This document shows, in pieces, positions 50,344 to 59,077 of a stretch of 64,000 bases of DNA (its first letter is position 1; every line of letters starts with the position of its first letter). The position numbers were made by a program, and so were the translations under genes. Where the stretch lies: the NCBI RefSeq assembly GCF_001447785.1, contig NW_015163194.1, positions 1 through 64,000 on the forward strand. The letters run 5' to 3'. Below the pieces are notes generated by a model. The model was not told where the DNA came from, searched no databases, and was given only the letters and a program-made list of their open reading frames with translations. This stretch comes from Gekko japonicus. Its lineage: Eukaryota.

Positions 50344-50638
50344 CGTTCAATAGAAAACAAAGCTCTTCCATCCAAAGCTTGGAGCAGATTCTGCCGTTGC
50401 AAGAGGAGCAGCAGGTGTGCCCAGGGTGACCCACTCAGTTTCTCCATGCCCCACCAACCAAAATTTTCTGGCTGTGCCCCTGCCTACTAGAGATCATAAA
50501 ATACAAAGAAGCAATCCAAATTTACAAAATGCACCAGGGGACCTAGCCCCCTCTAGCTATGGCAGCGATTGTCCCCAAATAGCAAGCAGATCAGCATGTG
50601 CATTTGAGTTAATGGCTGTCCTGCTTCCCCCCATGACC

Positions 50639-51604
50639 CTACTTCATCCTCTTCCTTTGCAAGCGTTTGGATACTGCCTCCGTCACCTGGTCGTTCCGAA
50701 GGCAGTAGATCAGCGGGTTAAGCAGAGGGGTGACGGCAGAGTAGAAGAGAGTCACGACCTTCGTTGTCTCTGCGCGATCTTCCCCGTTCGGCTCTACGTA
50801 CATTGCGACCACAGAGCCATAGAAAAGGGTCACCACGGCCAGGTGGGAAGAGACTGTGGAGAAGCCCTTCATACGGTTGCTCCGGCTTGATCTTTTTACC
50901 AGGGTGAGAGTTACAAATGCGTACGAGACTGCAATGAACAGAAAGGTGGCCAGAACAACAGAGGAGACAAAGATGTTGAAGAGGCGGGGTACATACCCCA
51001 GCGGGGGGCAAGCCAAAGCAAAGAGGGGACCCGGATCACACACAAAGTGGTCAATAGTGTTGGGGCCGCAGAAGGATAGCCTGGAGATCAGGAACACTGG
51101 TGCTGCGTACCACAAGAAACCAAGGATCCAGCAAGCAGCCACCAATTTGTAGCAGGCCTCTTGAGACATCATTTTCGGGTACTGCAGTGGGTGACAGATG
51201 GCCAAATAGCGATCCAAGGCCATGGCCGAGAGGAAGAAGCATTCGGTATTGCCGAGGGAGAAGAAGTTGTAGAATTGGAGGAAGCAGGCATGGAAGGAGA
51301 TGACCCCATATGGGAAGGACAGGTCAAAGAGCATCCTTGGCACTGTGGCGCTCACATAACATATCTCTAGCCAGGAGAAGTGGCTGAGCAAGATGTACAT
51401 GGGAAGGCGGGCCAGGTGAGAGTCTTGAACGACTATCGTGATGATGATGATGTTCTCAGCCAAAGTGAGGGCATAGACAGCCATGAAGAAGATGAGAAGG
51501 AGCAGGCGTCCCTGTTGTCCAACCCTGAAGCCCAGCAGGATGAACTCCTGTACTGTGGTCCCATTGCCCACCTTCGTCTCATGCACAGGACCACTCTGCA
51601 TCAT
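50639..51604 (-). CDS. Olfactory receptor, OR11-like, intact, 321 aa (upstream copy)
   Basis: Full set of OR motifs: PMYILLSHFS, MALDRYLAICHPLQY, KGFSTVSSHL, PLLNPLIYCLRN. Confidence 0.93.
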   Translation of the reverse strand: MMQSGPVHETKVGNGTTVQEFILLGFRVGQQGRLLLLIFFMAVYALTLAENIIIITIVVQDSHLARLPMYILLSHFSWLEICYVSATVPRMLFDLSFPYGVISFHACFLQFYNFFSLGNTECFFLSAMALDRYLAICHPLQYPKMMSQEACYKLVAACWILGFLWYAAPVFLISRLSFCGPNTIDHFVCDPGPLFALACPPLGYVPRLFNIFVSSVVLATFLFIAVSYAFVTLTLVKRSSRSNRMKGFSTVSSHLAVVTLFYGSVVAMYVEPNGEDRAETTKVVTLFYSAVTPLLNPLIYCLRNDQVTEAVSKRLQRKRMK

Positions 51605-52507
51605 CGTTCAATAGAAAACAAAGCTCTTCCATCCAAAGCTTGGAGCAGATAAAGCAAATAATGCTGGGCAATCAGTCGTCCTACAGCTCAGAGCAGGCTG
51701 GTGTTCCTGAGGCAAGGATTCCTGTTTGTAGAGATAGCCACTGGTGTGTCCAAGTTATGCTGAAGAAGAAGAATCCAATTTCTGAATATGGTTACATTTT
51801 TTTAAAAAAATCAAATATCGTTACCAAGAAGAAGGTTTAGATCAGAAGTGGTCTGGCTTCAGTCTTGTGTGACCTTGTCTGTGTGGGGGGTTTTTTGCTA
51901 GAACCCTGGTGATCTGCTCAGACCTTTTTAAATTTATAAAGCAATCTGGCACATTCATTGTCTCAGGACAGTTACAGAGCAACTATGTCGAGTCCTCTAG
52001 AGTGTACAGTTGTGCTGGAAAGAATAGCCCTTACTAGACCAACCCAAAGCTCCGTTTATCCAGAATTCAATGCAAAAACCACAGTCCACCTGAAATTAGC
52101 CAGTGGTCCTCCAACGGACCTTGATTTTCCTTCTACACATATCAGCTTAAGTGGCAACCAACCATTCGGTCCTTCTCTTTAAGAAAGGTGGAATGAAGCG
52201 CAAGCCTTTCCACCTCTACCCACTATTTCCCATCTTTATTGCTGTACCTTAGTCATTCTCAGAAAGCTGCTCCAACTAACCAGGGACTTGATGTAGACAC
52301 ATTGCTGGCTTTGGGGGGTGGGGCCTTAGGTACTACTCCTTTTATCAAAATCTGGGTTGAAATGCCATCTTCTTTGTGGTGAAAACAGACAAGATTTTAT
52401 CATGTGGGTGGACTTTAGGCAGGTTGGCCTTACAAAGGATGGATTAGGTCTGTATAGAGGATGGATCATGTTTTTAAAGGATTGCTATGAAGACTGCATC
52501 TAAAAAA

Positions 52508-52607
52508 AAATGGCCCTTGGGAAGTTGTCTACAGAGAGTAATTCTGTTTTCCAGAAACTAAATTTTCCTTAGAGATCAATTGCCTACTGGAGATTTAGTA
52601 ATTTACA
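52508..52607 (-). promoter_or_regulatory. Putative OR promoter module for the 50639/49378 pair
   Basis: AAATGGCCCTTGGGA followed by TCCTTAGAGATCAATTGCCTACTGGAGATTTAGTAATTTACA; candidate donor AG|GTACAG at 52246-52247. Confidence 0.55.
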
Positions 52608-53267
52608 AGATCTTCTTATCTTTCTGGGTACCAAATCCCCTGCACGGAATAGATGGAGCTATGGAGGTGGGGCTCACACTGGGATTACTTTGGCTATGCG
52701 GGGCTTTCTTCCACATGTCCAGTGAACCTGCTGCTTGGTCAGTTATGACTAGGGCTATGTGCTTGGATACATTCAGTCCAAAGATATACCTGGAGAAGTT
52801 GGCTTGGCGTGGATTCTCTGGTTTGACATTGGTTGTATTGGGCTTGCCACATTGGCCTGCGATTTTGCTGGGTTCTCTGGTTTGATGTTTGTTCTGTTTG
52901 TATTGGGAGGCTTTTGGTCAGTGGCTGCATGCATTTGGGTGTCTGGCTATTCTTTGCCCTGGAGAAAGCTCCTTTAAAGGGAAACCATGGAGGATGGCTG
53001 GGGATCAAATTGGTTCAGTTTCCATGAAACATGTAGAAACTTTAGGGGACAGGTAGCACTAACCCTGCTGCGATTTTAGTGCCATCTTCTCAAAAAACAG
53101 CCACTTCAACTTTTCAGAAATATTCCCCATAGGGAATAATGGACCCAAATAGTTTTGGAATCCCAAAACATCCCAAATCTGGATATCAAATTGGTATTTG
53201 GGACTGGAATAACTCAGAATACTGATAATTATGCCCTCCCCAATATCTGGATCTAAAGACCAAACAA

Positions 53268-53444
53268 CATTTTGTAAACAGCCTTGATGCCCCCTGGATC
53301 TCTCTCCACCAAGTTGCCACTGATGTCATAACTAGGGATGTTCACCTAAAAGGGGGGGGGCTTTTAGGTGAACATCCCTAGTTAAGACATCAGTAGCAAC
53401 TTGGTGGGGAGAGGTCCAAAGGCATCAAGGCTGCTTACAAAATG
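53268..53444. repeat. Inverted repeat, ~85-bp arms, G-run loop
   Basis: cattttgtaaacagcc...ttcacctaaaag pairs with cttttaggtgaa...ggctgcttacaaaatg, with about 7 mismatches. Confidence 0.9.
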
Positions 53445-54159
53445 TGTTTTGGATTCCTTTGTGTCCATGCTGCACATTTTGGAGGCTTCTGTTTATTCTG
53501 TTGGCTGTTGATTTAATGACCAGCAAATGATATGAGACCTGGAAGGTTTCTTCTGCATATTTGATTCAGAAAAGTCCTGTTCTCATTTGTCTTGTAGTCC
53601 AACCCTGGGGGGAAGGGGCATGTCTAACCTACTTTTGATTTATTGACATTCGCCACAGAAATCTCATGCTCAGAGTTCTGAGTCTAGGACCCAGGTTAAA
53701 ACATGAAATGGCTGAGTGATTAAGAGAGTTTGGTGAAGCAAGCTATGATGCAGCAGCAGCAGCAGCAGCAGAACTGGAAGCAGGAGATGGCCAGTTCTAC
53801 TACGGGCCTGATGGAAGCCCTCCGGGGGCCTGATCTGGCCCCCGGGCCGCATGTATGACACCCCTGGGTGGTTTTAATGCTGATGTTTGCAATTGTGTTA
53901 TACGTGTCAGATTGTAATGGTCTTTGGCCACAGGCAATAAACTTTATTGTATCATAACTAAACAAAGAGCTTCTTGTATGATCACAAGCAAATCACTTTC
54001 CCATGGATCGTTGATGGTGTCAATATTGCAGATATTAGTCTTCTGCTAAGACTTCTGTGCTTATACAGAAAGATTAGAGATGGAAGGTAATAATTAATTA
54101 AATAACAATTTAAACAGTAACTTGATCATTATTATTTTAATAACAACAGCAAAAAGAAC

Positions 54160-54430
54160 AACTACCATTGTGCCAGTTGTCATGGAAGCCCTTGGGCCAG
54201 TGCCTAGAAGCCTCAAGAAACACCTGGACCTTCTGAACATTCTGAACAATAATACCATTCTGAACAAATAATACCAGCTAAGCTCCAAAAGGCAGTGTTG
54301 CTTGGAACGGCAAGAATCCTGCAAAGATACATATGCAGTTCCCAAGAACCTGGCTAGATCTTGAATTGCAGAACACCATCTGTCAGTCAAACATATGACT
54401 GTGACAACTGATGATGGTGATGATAATAAA
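54160..54430 (+). mobile_element. R4/Dong-type non-LTR retrotransposon 3' fragment
   Basis: IVPVVMEALGPVPRSLKKHL..LQKAVLLGTARILQRY (restriction-like endonuclease C-terminus), flanked by TAA-rich sequence. Confidence 0.65.
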
Positions 54431-55020
54431 TGTAAACACCAAGCTACAATTTATGGACACTGAAGCTGCATTACACTGAAATCAGACCTTTGGTCTATCA
54501 CGATAAGTATTGTCTACTCAGACTGGCAGCGGGTCTCCAGAGTCTCAGGCAGACAGAGGTCTTCCACATCACCTACTGCCTGGTCCTTCACTGGAGATGC
54601 AGGAGATTGTACCTGGAACCTTCTGCATGCTAAGCAGAGGCTCTACCACTGAGCCATGGCCCCTCCCAATACACTAGTTAATTTGCATGTCATTTTTATT
54701 TTGTTGCCCTGGTAAAAAAGCTCATCCCTTCAAAACCACATGATTGACTGCACACAGATACCATTTGGTGCATTGCCAATAGTGTATAGAAGTACTACTA
54801 TACGTATAACTTTTTAGTCTGAGAACAGACCTGGAAGACATTTTCCCTCTGTGTGTGTTATTTTTCAAACAAGCACTTTGGTGATGACATCCAGCTTATA
54901 AATACACCCTATAAAGTTTCTATTGAAAACCACCTTGTGGCCTCTAGCCACATAACCAATTGGACTTTAGGTAAAGTTTGGGACATTGTACAAGTCACTT
55001 TGGTTCATCTGAAAAACAGC

Positions 55021-56265
55021 TCAGTTTTGTTCGCTCTTCACACAAGAATGAGAGAAAATGCACTTGTTCCTCAACCGCCCCATAGCCTCCTTCATTTCAT
55101 GATTCCTTAGTGTATATATGATAGGATTGAGGGCGGGCGTGACCACTGTGTAGAATATGGAAGCCATCTTGTCCACCCTGGAGCTGGAGAATGGTATGAG
55201 ATACACAAAGAGGCAGGGTACAAAAATCAGGCTGACCACCATCAAGTGTGAGCCGCAGGTGGACAGGGCCTTCCCTCCCCTTTCCTTGAAATGGCCCTTA
55301 AGAGTTGCTATGATGACGCCATAGGAGACAAGCAAGATGAGGAAGGAGACCAGGGAGAGGAGGCCACTGTTGGCCACCATGAGGAGCTCTGTGACATAGG
55401 CATTGGCACAAGCGAGCCTGACCAGCTGTGGGACGTCACAGTAGAAACTGTCCAGCTCATTTGGGCCACAAAATGGAAGCCGGAGGATCAGAACCAGTTG
55501 GGTTGCAGAATGGATGAAGCCTCCGACCCAGCACGAAACAAGTAGCCTGACGCAGCGTGGCCGGTTCATGGCGACCCTGTAAGTCAGTGGTAAGCCATGA
55601 GTGTGAGAAGCAGCATCTCTGAACCACCCAAAAAGTGGAGGAAGAAGAACTGGGCCATGCAGCCCCCAAATGAAACGGTCCTGCCACAGGTCACGAGGCC
55701 GGCCATCTTCTTCGGGGTGCGCGAACAAGACATCACAGTAGAAACTGTCCAGCTCATTTGGCCCACAAAATGGAAGCCGTAGGATCAGAACCAGTTGGGT
55801 TGCAGAGTGGATGAAGCCTCCAACCCAGCACGAAACAAGTAGCCTGACGCAGCGTGGCCGGTTCATGGTGACCCTGTAAGTCAGTGGTTGGCAGATGGCC
55901 ACGTAGCGATCATAAGCCATGAGCGTGAGGAGCAGCATCTCTGAACCGCCAAAAAAGTGGAGGAAGAAGAACTGGGCCATGCAGCCCCCAAATGAAATGG
56001 TCCTGCCACAAGTCACCAGGACGGCCATCATCTTCGGGGTAGCCACACACCCCAAGGCAGCATCGATGATGGACAAACTGGCCAGGAAAAAGTACATGGG
56101 GGACTGATGGAGGCGGGGCTCTGTGGTCACAGTTACCACAATGAGAAGGTTGCCAGACATAATGGTAGTATAGCAGACCAACATTGGGACGAAGAGAAGG
56201 AGTCGGATGGAATGGGAGCAGGAGATACCCAGGAAGATGAACTCAGTTACAGTGGAGCCATTCAT
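55021..56265 (-). CDS. OR4-like olfactory receptor with a 99-aa internal insertion (414 aa); chimeric gene or pseudogene
   Basis: OR4-type motifs: SPMYFFLASLS, GGSEMLLLTLMAYDRYVAIC, GGFIHS, LPFCGPNELDSFYCDVPQL, ANSGLLSL, KALSTCGSHL, NPIIYTLRN. Start at MNGST (56265). Segment 55729..56040 is repeated at 55432..55718. Confidence 0.8.
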   Translation of the reverse strand: MNGSTVTEFIFLGISCSHSIRLLLFVPMLVCYTTIMSGNLLIVVTVTTEPRLHQSPMYFFLASLSIIDAALGCVATPKMMAVLVTCGRTISFGGCMAQFFFLHFFGGSEMLLLTLMAYDRYVAICQPLTYRVTMNRPRCVRLLVSCWVGGFIHSATQLVLILRLPFCGPNELDSFYCDVLFAHPEEDGRPRDLWQDRFIWGLHGPVLLPPLFGWFRDAASHTHGLPLTYRVAMNRPRCVRLLVSCWVGGFIHSATQLVLILRLPFCGPNELDSFYCDVPQLVRLACANAYVTELLMVANSGLLSLVSFLILLVSYGVIIATLKGHFKERGGKALSTCGSHLMVVSLIFVPCLFVYLIPFSSSRVDKMASIFYTVVTPALNPIIYTLRNHEMKEAMGRLRNKCIFSHSCVKSEQN

Positions 56266-56279
56266 GGAGAGGACATAAC

Positions 56280-56301
56280 CTGGGGAAGAGAAGATGGTTA
56301 G
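56280..56301 (-). promoter_or_regulatory. 3' splice acceptor of the OR4-like coding exon
   Basis: Minus strand reads CTAAC (branch point) catcttctcttcccc AG|gttatgtcctctccATG, a canonical acceptor 14 nt before the ATG. Confidence 0.8.
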
Positions 56302-56351
56302 AGGACTGTGGTGTTCTGACCAGCCCTTCATGTGCAACACAGCAGCCATAA

Positions 56352-56736
56352 AGACAAATCCAGGTGGACAGCCGTGTTGGTCTGAAGAAGCAGAACAAAT
56401 TTTGAGTCCAGTGGCACCTTTATGACCAACAAAAGTTTATTCAAGGTATGAAATGGAAGTTAACAGTGCAATATATATATGCAGTGCAATATATATATGC
56501 AGATACCTCTATACAGATGAACAGCAAATTAACATATATCTTTAGCAAATGGAGACTGTATGAACTTAGCTTGCTATTTCTGTTCAATCTTTGCATATGT
56601 CAAAACATCTTCATTAAGTTGTATGCTAATTTGCTGTTCACCTATGTAGAGGCATCTGCCTATATAGATGAACTGTTAACTTCCATTTCAATGTATCTGA
56701 GGAAGTATGCTTGCACAGGAAAGTTCATACCTTGAT
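56352..56736. mobile_element. Non-autonomous Penelope-like element with internal long inverted repeat
   Basis: agccgtgttggtctg..agtggcacctttatgaccaac terminus, degenerate minimal hammerhead at ~56693-56730, TSD acagcagccataa/acaacagccataa. Confidence 0.65.
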
Positions 56737-57788
56737 ACAACAGCCATAAGGTATTGGAATTCTTAGACACTGGTGAACAAAGTTCGCAAAGCTTGTTTTA
56801 TGACATTTATGAGGCCGTAGATGCTATCAAAATAAACGTCAATCAAAATAATTTTCTGTAAAGGCATTCTGAGTCAAAATATTGGTTAATCAAAACCAGT
56901 ATTGTCTCCTCTGACTAACATTGGATCTCCAGGGTCTCAGGCAGAAGTCTTTCACATTAGCTACTGCCATATACTTTTTTTTTAAATTAACCACGGAGGA
57001 CTGAACCTGGGACCTTCTGCATGAAAAGCCGATTCTCTACCACTGAGTCATAACCCCTCCCCAGATGGTGGACTGTGGAATGAGATATTCTCTTATATTG
57101 GTATTTTCCACCAATGGGAAAAGAACGAAGGAAGGAAGAATTAAGGAAAGAAATGTCTTCTAAAGACTTGATAGACAAGGGTGAAAAAACCAAACTGCCT
57201 GTCCAAGATCAGTTAATTGTTGAGGCACGACCAATCTCTTAAACGAATATGAGAATTTGCACTCTTGTGTAAAAATGCAATCCTAAACAGGTCTACTCAG
57301 TGTAGCTTACTCCCAGGAAAGCGTTCTTGGTATTGCACTGTAAGAAAATTCATTGCTGGTTTAGACCAAAAATCATCTAGTTCAGCATGTTTCAGAAGAA
57401 CCCCAGTACTGAGTAGACCAGTGACCCAAAAAGCAGACTGTGGTCTACCTTCTATCAACCTTTGTTTCATTCTTCATAAGAACATAAGAGAAGTCAATGT
57501 CATATCAGGCCAATGACCCATCTAATCCAACACTCTGTCACACAGTGGCCAAAAATACCAGGTGGGCCAGCAGTGGGGCCAGGCCAACAGAAGCTCTCCC
57601 ACTGTTGCCCCCCCCCCAAGCACCAAGAATACAGAGCATCACTTGCCCCAGCCTGAGAGTTCCTATCTATACCTTGTGGCTAAGAGCCACTGATGGACTT
57701 CTGCTCCATATGCTTATCTAATTCCCTCTTGAAGCCGTCCATGCTTGTAGCCGCCGCCACCTCCTGTGGCAGTGAAGTCCATACTTCA

Positions 57789-57989
57789 GGGTCCCTTAGA
57801 ACATAACATAGGTAAAAAAGAGAAAATCAATCTCTGGCTAGCCCAAATTCTGTATGAGGAATGGCTTTCATTCTTAACTCTCTAGATTATAGTGGGTCCC
57901 TTAGAACATAACATAGGTGAAAAAGAGAAAGTCAATCTCTGGCTAGCCCAAATTCTGCATGAGGAATGGCTTTCATTCTTAACTCTCTA
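57789..57989. repeat. Tandem duplication, ~106 bp x 2
   Basis: gggtcccttagaacataacataggt...cttaactctcta occurs twice. Confidence 0.9.
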
Positions 57990-59027
57990 CTAAGACTGGG
58001 CTTTGTTTTGCAACTGAATTTCCCGGCTGCAACAAGGGATGAGAAGTGAATTTGAGGGGTGAGGAGGCTGAAGCTTTGTCATAGCTTGGCACACAGCACT
58101 TCCACTCAGAGTTAGGGTTCCCACGAGTGAAGGAAGGGCCCTCCTGCATGCTAGACTCTTTACCTTCCCCTTACTAACCTGTCAAGCTCCAGGGATGATA
58201 AACCTAGCTGCCACCAGCCAAGTCTTACCATATTGGAACTCCTAGGCTTTTGTCCCTCCCTAGGAACCAGAAGGATCCTCACTTTATCAGGCTCTCTCCA
58301 TGTTCAGGGGCAGTCCATCACCTCTGAATCCCAGTGCCAGGAGGCTACCTCAGGGGAAGGCCTCAGCCTCTTTGCCCTGTTGTTGGCCCACCTGAGGAAC
58401 TGGTTGGCCCCTGTGTGAGACAGAGCTTGGAAGCTACACATGGGCAGCCCTGGATAGTAGTTGGATGGGATACCACCAAGCGTTTGGAGCAGAGGTCCAT
58501 CAGTGGCTATTAGCCACAAGGTATAGATAGGGACTCTGGGGCAAGGGGTGCTCTGTCTTCTTGGTGCTTGGGGAGGTCAACAGTGGGAGGGCTTCTAGTG
58601 TCCTGGCCCCACCACTGGACCTCCTGATGGCACCTGGTATTTCTGGCCACTGTGTGACACAGAGTGTTGGACTAGATGAGCCTTTGGCCTGATCCAACAT
58701 TGGCGTCTCTTATGTTCTTATGTTATGGAAGGCCAGGGTTGTTACTCGGGGGCAGATGATGGCAAACTGCCTCTGTTCACCTCTTGCCATGAAAACTCTA
58801 CGGGGTCACCATAAGCCAGCTATGACTTGAGAGCCCTTTCCACCACCAGAAGGTTTTCTGTCCTGGCACTAACCAGTTCCCAACCTACATGGCTTCACCA
58901 AAGCAGCTGCCTTTCACTTTGGAGGAAGCTTTGAGCTCACTAAGAGAGACTTTTTGCAGCGTTCATTGAAAAATTTGGATAAATATTTTGGTATTTGGCA
59001 ACCTTGTGCTTGGAAATATCCGTTGAA

Positions 59028-59077
59028 CTCCCTGAGGAAGACACTGAAACAGGAGGATATCTGGACCTCTGTCGGAG
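59028..59077 (+). ncRNA. Type I hammerhead ribozyme motif (Penelope-associated)
   Basis: Stem I CTCC/GGAG, core CTGAGGA plus an extra A, minimal stem II G-ACAC-T, GAAA, stem III ACAG(G)AGG/CCTCTGT, cleavage triplet GTC at 59071-59073. Confidence 0.7.

Larger units (their letters stand above)
49128..51649. repeat. Head-to-tail tandem duplication, 2 x 1261 bp, each unit containing a whole OR CDS
   Basis: Units at 49128..50388 and 50389..51649 with a constant offset of 1261. Confidence 0.95.

Noticed and set aside
3085-51652. Repeated antisense or alternative-frame ORFs over the OR genes (e.g. 3702..4013, 49156..49629, 50417..50890)
   Set aside because: They are shadows of the OR coding sequence, and they recur because the genes are duplicated.
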